From Lama glama (taxonomy: Eukaryota): DNA of 64,000 nucleotides. Within the stretch, counting starts at the first letter, position 1; each line of letters opens with the position of its first letter. The translations under genes and the position numbers were made by a program. The notes below the pieces were generated by a model. It was not told the origin of the DNA, made no database searches, and worked only from the letters and a program-made list of their open reading frames with translations. Positions 37,446-51,150 of the stretch are shown in pieces. The stretch lies in the NCBI GenBank assembly GCA_028534125.1, contig CM052816.1, forward strand, positions 49,974,001 through 50,038,000. Reading direction: 5' to 3'.

Positions 37446-39439
37446 CACTTTATACCATGACAGTGGATTCTAAAAAAAATCAAAAAGTCAAACACTGATG
37501 ATAATGAAGGTAAAATGTTGCAAGATCCTGGGGTACGTTTTGAGTAACAGAAACAACACAAATGTTCTACCCTCATAGTTTTCGTATTTGAGTATGCAGC
37601 TTTAAAATCATTTTCCCTTGTTTGCCACCTTCTAGCTGAGTGAATAAGAGCTTTGTGTCTTGGTTGTGTGGGCACAGATGGGCCTGAGAGGGCAGCTGAA
37701 CACTTCGGAACCCCAGGAGGGCAGGGGTTCCAATCATCTGCCTATTTGGATGGGCAGGAAAAGCAAAAATTCATTTGCACACAGTTGCTGTCCACCCGTT
37801 TGGAACTAAAATGCAGATTGAGCACAGAATGATTTAGTGCTTACCGTCTGCACCAGGCTCCAAGCTAGGTATTAGAGTCATTGGCTCAAGGAGTTCGCAA
37901 GCCAGTGGAGAAGGCAGATGGACGCATATCATGAATCACTAGTCAAATCTGCCAAGTAGGTGAAGTTTGCCTTCCTAGTCTGCTGGGTCTCTTTCCTTTG
38001 CACTTATCCAAACTTTCCGCCCCCTTCTACCTCATTAACTGAGACTCCTGCTCTCTACCCACCACCCTGGAGAATCTGATACTTCTCTGTTTATTGATTT
38101 CTTGACTGACTGATTACACCTAATTGTGAATGAGTTTCACTCATGCATCTACATCTCAAGCTTTTTATCTCTTTAAAGTAAATGTTTTGTTTTTTGTGAA
38201 AAGAATTTCAAGCATCTGAGGGCCTTCCCATCCTTACACCGAAGTGTGTAATTAAACCAATTTTGCCCTCCATGGTCTTCAACCTTTGTTATCCCCATTC
38301 CATGAGGGAGGCCAGAGAGATTCCCTCAGGCCTGTTTCCAGGACAGAGGGTCCTGTTAACCAATAGCCCCTTTTAGCCGAGCCTAATCAACCCGTCCTTT
38401 CACCCTCCCCCCAGTGCTTTGCCTAGACTGGGTCTCCCTCCTCCTACCCCAAGGGGCATCCCAGCCCATCCCTTTGAACCCTCCTGTTCTCTTGCCCCGA
38501 GCCTCTGAGCCATTCATTACTCTGCTTGGGTTGCTGCCCCTGACAGGAAGAAAGCCTGTAGCTTCTTAAGCTCTATTATGTGAGCCCTAAGCCACCCAAA
38601 ATATCTAGATCCAGAAGGACAGAGCAATGAGAATCCACGTATCTGGTCGTAGGACTCCTCTAAGTCAAGGTACTGGAGAAGGAAGACAGGGCTCTGCAGA
38701 GGGCAGGCACAGGAATAAGCCAGCATGTTGAAAATATGGGTCAAAGCCAGTATCTTTGTAAAATGTGTGCTCACCTACTTTACAACTGATTTCAGAGAAA
38801 TTTCATCATCAATGCTGATTACAGATTCTGGAAAACTAACACTGATCAGTTGTTAGTTGAAATTTTTCCCATTTTATGTTTGACGTAGGGCATAAGGAAT
38901 TCATGTTTTATTAGTTGTTTCAGATTTATTTATGTTTTCCTTGATTACACTCCATTGATTATGCTCCTGTGAGATACTGGTCTGGTCTTATAACAAAGAT
39001 GCTCATCACTTTTTAAATTCCTAGGGCTAATAACCCAGACTGAGAGAGTTGGTTTCCTTCCCCTAATTTCCTGCAGCCTAGAGGAAAGGGATTGTGGACC
39101 TGCATCATTCACCATGCTGGGGTATATGAATGCCTAATGTTCAGTAGGTGCCCTATAAATGCTTACTGTTATTTCCGTCAGTGCCCAACATGGTGCTGAA
39201 CGAGGCTTGAGGGGTCTCCCTGTCATCTCTTCCAAGTACCTATATTTCAGGTGTATGAACACTTTCCAACCCCCGGCTATTCCATTTCTTTCCTTAGCAG
39301 TCTTCCTCTTATCTTTCAATGTCATTAAATTCATAGACTCTTCTCAAATTTAAATAATAATTGTTGGTATAAAATTAATGTAAATAACATTAATTGATAA
39401 TTTTAAGAATCTCTAAATTTATGGAAATCAAGACTGGAG

Positions 39440-39840
39440 GAAGGAAATTAGTTGACAGAGGACACAGAGCAGTATAGGCATGATCTAATAAGGACACACG
39501 GATTGGATGGGAGAGGAGTTGAGGATAGTGTGGATTATTTCAAGGGCAGACAGTAAAGTGGAGAGGGATGCAACTGATTAAGACTGGGAATAAAGGAGGA
39601 ATAAAAGTTTCTAGGAGAAAATGGTAAGTCTCATTCAGGAAGTACCCATGGGACAGCCAAGAACCCATATGAGCTGAATGTACACACTTAAGCACAGGGG
39701 AGAAGTGATGGCTGGAATAGAGATTTGGAAGTCTCTGGTATGAAAATGGTAGTTGAAAATCATATGGAAGAGAAAAGGAGATCATTCCAGGGAAGAACAA
39801 AGCAAGAACAGCTGACCAAGATCTAAAACCCAGGAAAAAA
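39440..39840 (-). mobile_element. L2 remnant
   Basis: ggattggatggg...tggctggaatagagatttggaagtc...ggtagttgaaa...gagatcattccagggaag. Confidence 0.55.
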
Positions 39841-40444
39841 ACTGGTAAGAATGAGTTGGCTGTTATTTATACATGATTTTAACTTTCATTTTTTCAACTA
39901 TAGATGTCCACCGAGATGAATAATATCAATGTTTTAATAATTCTCATATCTAACAGTCTGTCCTCTCCATCTAGAAGGTGCCCAACATGTTTGTTGAATT
40001 AAATGAAATTAAAATGGCATTTCTCAGCCTTGATGTTCTAATGACAGATTTTCATAATGATAACCCTGAAAGTGGGTAAGACCCCAGCATGTCTGAATTG
40101 TAGTTATTTATTCAATTTTATCCAACACTGAGCTAGTTTTAAATATATGTTGCTGCCTTTTTTTGTTTAACAGTCAGCAATCAATGTCTGGTGTAGGTGG
40201 TAATTCACAGAGGACTTGATTAACCTTAGTTCATGTTGTTTAGCTTAACATAAAAATGAGCTCACCACAGAATGTAGCCATTCTGCATTCAGGTCCATTT
40301 ATAATTCTTTTCCTAATTCCTTGGTCCTGAAGGCCTCTAAACTGTAGGTCAGATTTGGAGCCCAGAATCCTGGATTTCTGGGTTTTTTTCTCAGCAAGTT
40401 CCTTTTTTTTTCCCCCCTCAAGTCTCCCTCATATCGCCCCCTAC

Positions 40445-40590
40445 TAGGGTTGCCATGTAAAATATATTGAAGAATTGAATCATTTTTAGTATAAGTATGT
40501 CCCAAATATTGCATGATACATACTCATGCTAAAGAGATTATTTGCTGTGTTCTGAAGTTCAAATTGAACTAGGTGTCCTGTATTTTCCAT
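40445..40590. mobile_element. MER53-like hAT MITE
   Basis: tagggttgcca...tttttagtataagtatgtcccaaatattgcatg...tctgaagttcaaattgaactaggtgtcctgtatttt. Confidence 0.75.
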
Positions 40591-41058
40591 TGGCTAAATC
40601 AGATAACCCTCCTCCCTCCCCCACTTGTATTATTACAGCTATAATAGGTGAACAAGAATTTCTTCATGAGACTTCTGAACACTCTCCTTCTAAAGGTCAT
40701 ACAAATGAAGTTACTGAGTGTATGTTCACTAGTGAGATAAATGTATTAAAAAGATACTGTAATTACAAGTATCTAGCTACAATATAACAATCAAGATAAA
40801 AATTTATAAAATATTTATAACTACTGTGATATACCCTGTATACTAACAGCTATCTTAAGAATGCCATAAATATCAGTGATCATGTGTTTTAGTCTATGTA
40901 AAATATTTTAAAATAATGTACATGTTAAAAAATAAAATTTTTATTTCACATTTTCTAGTTGGCAATAATGAGAAAACAAGTAATTATCTTTAAATGAAAG
41001 AGCATACATTTATAAAAATGTATACAGTGTACCAGAGGTACAAACTTTTAAATATTCT

Positions 41059-41206
41059 TTTTTTTATTTTTTAAAATTAATATATTTGGGGGGGAAGGAG
41101 GTAATTAGGATTATTTATATATTTTTAGAGGTGCTGCTGGGGATTGAACCCAGGACCTTGTGCATGCTAAGCATGTGCTTTACCACTGAAGCTATACCTC
41201 CACCCC
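41059..41206 (-). mobile_element. tRNA-derived SINE, camelid Vic-1-like
   Basis: Reverse complement of the element at 46656, with a tRNA-like head (ggggattgaacccaggacc...taccactgaagctatacc). Degenerate 17-bp TSD at 41042-41058 / 41207-41223. Confidence 0.85.
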
Positions 41207-41719
41207 AAACCCTTGAATGTTCTAACTGCAGAATACCTAAAAGGGATCTTACCCTTGTTAATTATGTCATACTGTAGTTGTGCTGCCACCTTGTGTTGCT
41301 TTGAGGTATGGCCCAATTTAACTCAGTCCATAAATCTGTTAACATCAGATTGACAGTTTGGTCAATGTTAAAATTATCCTCCCATTATTAATATTTTTCA
41401 TTTTACTCAAAAATGCCACATAATACCGAGAAAGGTCCCCTCAAGTGTTTCATGCAAATATTTCCTAGGAGTTTAATGTCTTCTGCAAATTAGAATATCA
41501 TTCTTGAGATAATCACTAAAATATACATCAAGTAGTACTGTATTAATTTAAGTTTTACGGGTGAATTTAGCTTGTAACTGCATGTATGTTTCATCTACAT
41601 GACCTTTTAACCTAAATTTCCTATAAATTCCTTGAACTCAATATGTTTAAAATTAAACTTATTATTTCCTTCTCCCAAGCCTTGTCTGTGTCATCTGAAT
41701 ATAGATACCAGGACATTTC

Positions 41720-41830
41720 ATTTATTATCCAAACCAGAGTACTTTTGAAAGTGAAATGGGGTATCTTGCTCATTATTCCAGCAAAACAGGGCTAAACCAG
41801 GACTGTCTCAAGCACACTGATCTTCCTATA
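41720..41830. mobile_element. MER81-like hAT MITE
   Basis: tatccaaaccagagtacttttgaaagtgaaa...gggctaaaccaggactgtctca. Confidence 0.55.
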
Positions 41831-41979
41831 CATAAGTTTAAAATCATCATAATCCCAATTACCCAAACTAGAAAATGTGCAGTCACTGACTACTGGTTCA
41901 TCAAACTGACCAGGAACCTCCATCTCAGACTTCCCATATTCCTTCCGCCTGTTGGTTCCCTTTCATCTTCACTTTCTTC

Positions 41980-43550
41980 TCCACTATCCATCATGCTTGC
42001 CAACATTCAGGATAAATCTAACAGTCCACTTCCTCCGCAATCACTCCAAACTGCTGGGAAGTACTGGGAAAACTCGTATCACCCAGCAGACTTGACCCAG
42101 CGCACAACTTCATGGTCTCTGATTCAGCTGAATCATTAATGCTGTGTGACCATTCGACCATATTTCTTGAAAGTCCTTGCTTCTCAAACTCCCTGCAGCA
42201 GATATCCAAGCCTCCCTAATTCGTACTAAAAAAGAAAAACAATCTGTAAAGAACCGTCTCACTGTCTTGCCGCCAAAACTAGTCCCTGACCACCAGCACC
42301 CTTTTTTCCCTTCTGCTGAAAAAACAACAAAAAGGACTTCCTTTGCTTCTAAGGGTCTCAGGCAGACACTGCCCACTGAGTTCTAGATCCTGAATCCTCC
42401 TGTCTTTTCAGAGATATTCGCTATTAATTAGGCTGTTTCTCTCTTGTATTCCTCAACTCCTCCTACTCCCACTCAGGTTATTTCCTTCTATTGGCATTTA
42501 ATCCTGGTCAAATCTTTTTGCCCTAAAAATATAAAACTTCCCCTAATCTCACACGAATCCTATCTACCAATCTTTCTCCTTCCCCTCAGAGCTAAACTTC
42601 ATAAATTATCTATGTTCATTCTCCACCCCTCCACCCAGCCACTCTTCACCCCACCGCAGTGTGCTTTCTCCCTCAACTGTCCCACTGGAATGCTCCTCAC
42701 CACGGTCACCCATGATTTGTTTTCAATGTTTCTTAGTGGCATTTACTGCTGGTGACCATGTTTCCTTTGCAACATTCTCTATCCTTGCTTGGCTTCTGTG
42801 ACTGACCCTCACCCAGTGGCCACAGATTTCTTGGACTGCTCCACCTCCATCTCTGTCTCAGGCTTCTAAGAGCCTGCCTGCCCCTCAGCAGTTCTGTACT
42901 CTGACAGCTCCCGCCCAGGACGCCTTGCCCTCACTCTCCGTTTCTTCCTTGTGCACTGCTGTCTACTCCCCTGCAGTACACCTGTGCACAGTTGACTCCC
43001 AGATCTTTAGATCTGTCCCAGAATTTTCTCCTGAGTGTCCAAACCATAAACATCTCGCAACTAGGGAGTCTCCCTAACATCTCAAACTCCACAGGTCCCA
43101 AATGAACCTTTCTTTCTCCTGAATTAGAACTTTCCCCAGTTTTATCGAGTTTGGTAAATGGCACCACTTACTCTCCGCTCAGTTTCCAAAAACAGAAACA
43201 CAGGGATCACCATGTGGACTCTAGTCCATAAATATCTCTTGATTATGTACACCCTTTTCTTATCTCCATTACCATAAACCTTACCCCTTGTCACCAAGCT
43301 CTCTTGCCTTAACTCCTGCAAGCCTTACCCACTGGTCTGAGTCTTCCAGTCTTGCTGTTTTCTAATGTACTCCTCCACAATGAAGCTAGGGTAATCTTTC
43401 TAAAATGTAAACAGAAAAGATTTGCCTGCTTACATCCCTTCAATGGCTTTCTATCGCTGTGAAAATTAAGTCCAAATTATTTAATATTATTTGCAAGGTT
43501 CTCAGTGACCAGGTCTAGCTAACCTTTCCAGCCTCATCTCTCATCTAAAA
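41980..43550 (+). mobile_element. Long decayed L2 LINE
   Basis: Pyrimidine-rich tract with L2 ORF2-region motifs (ctgaaatgctc-like, gactcccagatctttag, catctcaaactc, gtaatctttctaaaatgtaaa, caatggctttc). Confidence 0.65.
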
Positions 43551-43559
43551 TGATCCAGC

Positions 43560-44110
43560 ATCCCAGCTGATAGGATCAAGTGACTAGAAAAATTAAGACA
43601 ATAAAACAGAAACAGATCAATAGAAGGTATAAATATTAGAGTCATCAGATACAGATTTTATGTGATTAATTTTAAGAAACTGAGTCTTAGATTTTTAGCA
43701 AAGAACTCGAAACTACAAAAAAATGATTCAAATGGAAATTCTAGAACTGAGAAAATGTAATAACTAAGAACTCAACACATGAGTTTATGAAAAGTTCAGA
43801 CACACTGAGGAGATGATTAATAAACCGGAAAATAGGCCTGAAAAAAAAAAAACAGACAGAATCCGACAGAAAAAGGATGAAAGATACTGGAGGGAAAAAA
43901 AGTAAAAGGCATGCAGAGTATAGACACTGGCATCCCAGCAGGAAAAACAGCTAATGGGGCAGAAACAATCTTATAGAAATAACAGCTCGTAACTGTCCAT
44001 GTCAGGGATTCAAGGAACCCTACCAACCCAACAGGATAAAAACCAGAAGATTAAAGGAGAATCCTGGAAGTTTCCAGAAACAAAAACTTTAAATAGACTA
44101 ACAAGTAGCA
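43560..44110 (+). mobile_element. Old L1M ORF1-region remnant
   Basis: aaatggaaattctagaactgagaaaatgtaataac...aactcaa...aatggggcagaaacaat...gattcaagga...caggataaa. Confidence 0.65.
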
Positions 44111-44534
44111 AAATTAGCTAGCTGGAAATTTTGCTTTTCTTTCCACCTTAGGAGATGCCAGAAACCCGTGGGTTGGCTTGCCTGTATCCTGGGTGGATCT
44201 TATCTGCTCGGCCTCCTTTCTCTGAGAGCAGAGTCTTCAAGCCTGGAGGGAAGCCCTGTGCCTGGTTCCCCGAAGGAGCTGGACTGACATAAATCTTACT
44301 GGTGACTCAGTCCCTGAAATCTGTTTTCAGATCCTACTGCTGTCTAGGAAAATTCAGGAAGCAATCTGGGAGGCTCCAACTATCTTTATCATTATTTAAT
44401 ATTATTTTAGATTACAGAGAGGAAATAAATATGATGACTGAGAAATTGATGATTTATGCCGGGTATTTTCCATTGTTGTAACAGTGAAGGCATTGAAAGA
44501 CAGGTCTTGGTAGCCAAAGTAAATACAAATGTTA

Positions 44535-44900
44535 AAATACCATATGATATCACTCATATGAGGAAGCTAAAAAAAAAAGACACAAATGAACTTATTTACA
44601 AAACAGAAACAGACTCACAGACACAGTAAACAAACTTATGGTTACCAGGAGGGAAAGAGGATGGGGAGGGATAAATTAGGAGTTTGGGATTTGCAGAGAC
44701 TAACTACTAAGTATAAAACAGATAAACAACAATTTTATACTGTATAGCACAGGGAACTGTACTCAATATCTCGTAGTAACCTATAATGAAAACGAATATG
44801 AAAAGTAATACAGTTATGTATATGTATGACTGAAATATTATGTTGTATACCAGAAATTGACACAACTGATCTATGTCAATAAAAAAAAAGATTTAAAAAA
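44535..44900 (+). mobile_element. L1 3'-UTR fragment with A tail
   Basis: aaataccatatgatatcactc...acaaaacagaaacagactcacagac...ggagtttgggatttgcag...caataaaaaaaaa. Confidence 0.92.
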
Positions 44901-45249
44901 AATCTTTAGAATATTTCTCTTCTCTTCCCAGACATCCATGGCTCCACATCTCTCCTTCTGTACTCACGCACTGCTTTCAGGGGGGAACCCCTTCCCACGT
45001 CATCCTTCCCACCTGAAATACGACCCCCGCTAGGATCCCTTCTTGTACCATCTCCTCCAGGCAACCTCACCTTGTACTGCTAGCTAGAATTCATTACTTT
45101 TTTCTTCAATTCTTTCTTAATATTTTATTTGTATCACCATTACTTTACTTAGCACACTTTTCTATGTATTATACCATTTTTAATTGTTGAAGTGTCTTTC
45201 TTTCTTGTGAGTAGATTGTTTACCCATCTGAAGTCCTAAAGAGTTCTGA

Positions 45250-45545
45250 CCTGAAAGGTTAGATATGGAATCAGAGTTCAAAGAACCTCCTCTGTTCCAA
45301 GGTTCCACCCACTACAGGAGTCCCTTGTGTAATATAACTGACAGATGTTTGCTGATCTGCTTCAACACCTGCAGTGGTAGAAAAACACTATGTATTTCAC
45401 AGGGCAATTCATTTCACTTTTAGAGGACATCCCAAAAAGCTCTTCCTGACATTGTGCAGAACTGGCTTCCTTAACTTCCATCCATGTGTTCTAGTTTTTC
45501 CCTCTGAAGCTACACTGAATAAGTTTAAGATCTTCCCCAGTTCGT
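45250..45545 (-). mobile_element. L3/CR1-like ancient LINE fragment
   Basis: ctgacagatg...ctgcttcaacacctgcagtggtag...aagctcttcctgacattg...taacttccatccatgtgttctagttttt. Confidence 0.5.
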
Positions 45546-46655
45546 ATTTGGGAAATTTATTTCTAAATGCAAAACTTCGTCATGTTCTGTAAAATTCTGT
45601 GACTTTAGGTACATTGTTCCAAACTTGGCAGATCATTTTATTTCTTCCAGCTTCTAAGCCATGTTATAGTTACTCTCAGCATTAGCTTTATAGCTCCTGT
45701 ACAGACTTTGAGTCTTGGAACTCTGAGACTAAAAGGAAGAACCTTATTTATATTAACATGACTTGAAAGCAAACCCCTTGATTGACAGTGCTCACAGAAT
45801 TATAAAAATGAATAGGATAATGTTCTTGTCACTGGAAAGGTCTCATTTTATTAAACAAATAGCCAGTGCACCAAAGAAATGGAAAATCAATGTCAATACA
45901 GAGTTGAAACCCTTTCCTTTTGAAAACAGAAGGCACTGATCATCTGCACCCTTTTACTGTAACTTTATTTCATTACATATTGTTACTATTTCAAATGAAT
46001 CTTCAGGCAACAGAATGAAAAGCCTGTTGTACTATCGTTAAATATCTGTATCCTTAAAATGTTAGGGCATATCAAAAACTGAAACTTTAGCTTGTCTAAT
46101 AGTAATTACTAGTGGTAATGCTTTAATTGCCTAAAGGTAAAATAATACATTTTGAAGAGTATGAGATCTAAACATTAAAGGAAAATACCAATTTACTGTA
46201 ATTGGTAAAAAGCAAAATGTGATCTTAATTTGCATTACTGTACATTCTTTAGAAAAATACATCCCTCTACCCCATTCCTTCTTGCCTGCACCAGCATGAC
46301 AATGTCCATGCTAAGGATGAGAGGTGAACCATCTGTGACTCCTGAATAATAACCATTCTAAATTCTAAATAGTAATGTATTTGCCACAGGCCAGCAACTG
46401 CCACCTCAAACTGATGGGAGGGGAGAGGGTCACCCAGAGATGACACATCTACAATACTTCAAATGCCAGGCTTCCCACCTTTTAAAAAATCCTACTTTCT
46501 ACACAGCATAGCAGTAGCTAAGTATCATTTTAAATAAGGCATTTGTTTCAATCTACCAACAGAATGCCAGCGTTCTGCTCTTAAAGTAGGTGTAGCTTGA
46601 ATTATACTATTATTATCAACATTTTAATCAACTGTAAATAAAACTTATTATCCTA

Positions 46656-46810
46656 GGGGGAGGGTATAGCTCAGTGGTAGAGCACATGCTTAGCTTGCAC
46701 AAGGTCCTGCATTCAATCCCCAGTATGTCCATTAGAAATAAATAAAAAGATAAACCTAATTACCTCCAGCCCCCAACCCCAAAAAAAACCCCAAAACAAA
46801 CAAAAAATTT
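46656..46810 (+). mobile_element. tRNA-derived SINE, camelid Vic-1-like, with 15-bp TSD
   Basis: gggggagggtatagctcagtggtagagc (A box)...gcattcaatccc (degenerate B box)...taattacctcc...A-rich tail. TSD AAACTTATTATCCTA (46641-46655) / AAACCTACTATCCTA (46811-46825). Confidence 0.9.
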
Positions 46811-48044
46811 AAACCTACTATCCTAAACTATGGGACAGGACTGATTTAATTTTAAATATATCAGTAATCAGTTCTTCTTTGCTTACACATTTCATTTATG
46901 AATCACAAATCTGAATTTTTGATGCATGCGTGAAAGGTACAGGATACTTAAGTTTGAATGAACTATTTAAAAAAAAAATTCCCTTCAACTGTTCCCTGAT
47001 ATGCAACTGAAAGTTATCCAAGCATACACGAAATGCCTTACAGTGTATCGACTGCCTGTGAAGTTGAGATTTAGATAAAATTGCACGTATGCTCTGCTTA
47101 ATGCCTATGATCCTTTGATTAAGGAAGACTGCTGAGGAGCAGCGCAAATCTCTACACAGCCCATGGGATTTCTCCTTGAAGTAAAACAAAGGCATCCTGG
47201 GTCTTGATAATTCATAATTTGAAAGGCAGCTACGCTCACAACCACCGACACGCTAACTTAAAATCTGAACTGTATATTTGCTCCCTAAGTTTATTCAGTG
47301 CAAACTGGCTCTACATAAGGTACCCGAACAAAACTCGTCACCATATAAAGTCACCAAAACAATTTTTGGACACACTTGATAAAAAATAATCTCCTTCAAA
47401 GTTATCAGCCCTTGGTGGTCACCAACTGATTAAATAGCCAACTGAAATGTGGTGAAGGGAGATGAAAACAAACTGCCTCCTTTTTTATAAAGCCAAATCT
47501 TTACATTTGCTTGCAGTAAAGTCTTTGCCTGTGGGCTGAGATACAAAGTGTAACATGGGTTCGAAGTTACTTCAAGGTGGGGTATGGAAGGAGAAGGGAG
47601 ACAGAAGGAATAAATTCTATGAAAAAAAAAATCTCCATCAATAGTTTATTGATGATAAACTACATTGCATTGAATATTTTACATTTGTTTGGTTACTATA
47701 TGGTTTTCAAAACCTCAACTTTATTTTATATACACTGACAAAGTTACTTTTTACTGACGTAGCATTTTCTCTTTCTTTAATCATCAGCTGATAATTTACC
47801 CACAAGAGTGGATTCAGGTTTTCACAGCTAATATATTAAATGGATATTAAAAATTATTTAACATGTTTTTTAAAAATTTGAAATAGCATATTCTACCAAA
47901 AAATATTACATTTCCACTTAATCAAGAGGGGCTAATCCTTAAGTAGAATTGAGCATTGTGTATAAGGTGCTAAGTTAGAAAAGTACTGGGGCAACTTTTT
48001 ATATCCATGCTGATGAAGTTTAAATTTCATTTATTTCAGTCATT

Positions 48045-48250
48045 TTGGAGCTTGTGCTATGGAGTTAGGTAGACCTGGATTTAAATCCCAATTCTGATTT
48101 TACTATGACCAGCTATGTACCTTGTGCAAATTACTTAAGACTTGAGTGTCATTATCCATTTTAAAATAGAGTGATTAATAGTATTTGCTTGTGTTCTGAG
48201 AATCCATCAAGATAATATATGTAAAGCACCATATAAAGCTATTTAAATTA
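48045..48250 (+). mobile_element. MIR SINE
   Basis: tggagttaggtagacctggatttaaatccca...accagctatgtaccttgtgcaaattacttaa...gataatatatgtaaagcac. Confidence 0.75.
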
Positions 48251-48489
48251 TTTTCATAAACTACTAAGGGAAATAGGTGAATGTTTATTTAATAATGGCA
48301 AAATGTGATCTTAATTTGCATGACTGTACATTCTTTAGAAAAATACATCCCTCTACTCCATTCCTCCTTGCCTGCAACATGTATTTCTATACATAAAGAA
48401 CACTATAAATCAAAATAAAGGGAAAATGTCTTCAACATACACAAAAGGAGCAGTATCTTTAATATACAAAAAGTTCTTAAAAATCAGTA

Positions 48490-49645
48490 CCTTATTTTCA
48501 ACAAGAGTGCTAAGACAACTGAGTGCAGAAAGTAAACTTTTTAAAAAAATGATGCTGGTACAACTAGGTAGCCACACAGAGTAATAAAGTTAGATCTCTA
48601 CCTCACATCATATATAAAAATTAATTCAATACAGAGCAAAAGCCTAAATTTACAAGCTAAAATTATAAAACTCTTAGAAGAAAACACAGGAGTTAATATT
48701 CATGACCTTAGATTAGGCAATGTTTTCTTAGATACGACACCAAAGGCACAAGCGACCAATGAAAAAACAGATAAGCTGGATTTGATCAAAATGAAAAACT
48801 TTTGTGCTGCAAAGGACAGTATCAAGAAAATGAAAAGACAACATACAGATTGGGAGAAATATTTGCAAACTGTGTATCAAATAAGGGTCTGTTATCTAGA
48901 GGATACAAATAACTCTTACAACTCAACAATTCAAAAAAAAACAATTTAAAAATGGGCAAAAGATTTGAATAGACATTTTTCCAAGAATATATATAAATGA
49001 CCAATAAGCATGTGAAAAGATGCCAAATATCATTAGTCATTAGGGAAATGAGGTATCACTTCACACCCACTTAGAATGGATATAATTTAAAGACGGACAA
49101 TAACAGGTGCTTGTGAGGGCGTGGGGAAGTTTAAAACCTCATGCATCATTGGAAGAGATGCAGAATGAAGAAGCGCAATTCCATTTCTAGGTACATAATA
49201 TGTTCACATAAAAACCTGTATATGGATTTTTACAGCAACCTTATTCATTAGAGCCAAAAAGTGGAAAAACAACCCAAATACCCATCAACTGCTGAATGGA
49301 TAAACAAAATGTGGTATAGCTATATAATGGATTATTATTCAGCCATAGAAAGAATCAAGTAATGACACATGCTGCAGAATGGGTGAACCTTGAAACCATT
49401 ATGCTCACTGAAAGTAGCCAGTCATTAAAGGACCACATACTGTATGATTCCATTTATATGAAATGTCTGGAACGGATAAAAATCTGAATAGATGGAAAGT
49501 AGATTAGTGGTTGACAGAGAATGGGGGCAGGAATGAGTGGGGAGTAACTACTCATGAGTACAGGATTTCTTTTAAGGGTGATAAAATGTTCCAGAATTAG
49601 ACAGTAGTAACTGTTGCACAACTTTGTGGGTATATATCTTTAATA
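48490..49645 (+). mobile_element. Older L1 (L1MB-like): ORF2 3' part and 3' UTR
   Basis: ttcaacaa...tgctgg...ctacctcacatcatat...aaactcttagaagaaaacacagg...gtatgattccatttatatgaaatgtc...agattagtggttg. Confidence 0.88.
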
Positions 49646-49658
49646 CAATAATCTTACT

Positions 49659-50290
49659 GATATATCTAGAGAAAACTCTAATTCGAAAAGATACATGCAT
49701 CCCAATATTCATAGAAGCACTATTTATGACAGTCAAGACATGGAAGCAACCTAAATGTCTATGGGCAAATGACTGGATAAAGAAGGCGGTGGTATATTTA
49801 TACAATGGAATACTGCTCAGCCATAAAAAAGAATAAAATAATGCCATTTGCAGCAACATGGGTGGACCTAAAGATCATCATTCTAAGTGAAGTAAGCCAG
49901 AAAGAGAAAGAAAAATACCATACGATATCACTTATATGCAGAATCTAAAAAAAAATAAAGGAAAAAAAAGGACATGATGAACTCATCTACAAAACAGAAA
50001 CAGACTCGCAGACATAGTAAACGATCTTATAGTTACTAAGGAAAGGGAGTGGGAAGGGATAAATTTGGGAGTTTGAGATTTGCAAATGTTAGCCACTATG
50101 TATAAAAATTGATTTAAAAAAAAACAAGTTTCTTCTGTATAGCACAGGGAACTATATTCAATATCTTATAATAACCTTTAATGAAAAAGAATATGAAAAC
50201 AAATGTATTTATGTATATGCAGAGCTGGAACATTGTGCTATACACCATAAATTGACATACTGTAGCTGTATGTACTTCAATAAAAAAAAT
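49659..50290 (+). mobile_element. Younger L1 3' fragment (ORF2 C-terminus and 3' UTR)
   Basis: ORF 49624-49836 reads CIPIFIEALFMTVKTWKQPKC...DWIKK (L1 ORF2 C-terminal motif); ends ttcaataaaaaaaa. Confidence 0.92.
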
Positions 50291-50542
50291 TTGTTTTAAT
50301 CTCACTTTGTAGAATCTAGCCAAAGAAAAGAATTGTTTACCTAAAGCTATGTAACAACAATGCTGTTTTATTAGTAAAACAATACAGATATACTTAAATA
50401 TCCAAAAATAGGTAATTGTTTAAAATATTTTTGGCATACACATTATAATAGTGTAACATGCAGGTATTAAATATGATGTAAAAGGATTTAATGAAATGAA
50501 AAGATGCCCATCATGTACTCAGTTTTAAAAATTCACTTTTAT

Positions 50543-51150
50543 GAAGCCACTATGGAGAACAGTATAGAGGTTTCTTAAAAAACTAAAAACAGAGTTACCA
50601 TATGATCCAATCATCCCGCTGCTAGGGATACAACCAGAGAAAACTCTAATTTGAAAAGATACATGCACCCAATACACATAGCACTATTTATAATAGCCAA
50701 GACATCAAAGCAACCTAAGTGTCCATCAACAGATGAATGGATAAAGAGGTGGTATATATATCTACAATGGAATATTATTCATCCATAAAAAGAATGAAAT
50801 CATGCCACTTGCAGCAACATGGATGGACCTAGAGATTATCATACTAAGTGAAGTAAATCAGACAGAAAAACACAAATATCATATGATATCACTTTTATGC
50901 AGAATGTGAAAAAAATGATACAAAGGAACTTTTTACAAAACAGAAACAGACTCATAAACAAAGAAAACAAACTCATGGTTACAGAAGGAGGAAGAGGGGG
51001 ATAAATTAGGAGTTTGGGATTAGCAGATACAAACTACTATATACAAAATAGATAACAACAAGGACCTACTGTATAGCACAGGAAACTATTCAGTATCTTG
51101 TAACAATCTATAATGGAAAAGAATCTGGAAAATTTTATATATATACATAT
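50543..51150 (+). mobile_element. Younger L1 3' fragment lacking its poly(A) end
   Basis: agccactatggagaacagtatagaggtttc...gcaacctaagtgtccatcaacagatgaatggataaag... ends in a TA-rich tract. Confidence 0.9.

Noticed and set aside
46656..46730. tRNA-like sequence (tagctcagtggtagagc...ttcaatccc)
   Set aside because: Head of a SINE with AT-rich tail and TSD, and the B box is degenerate; not a tRNA gene. The same applies at about 41130-41206.
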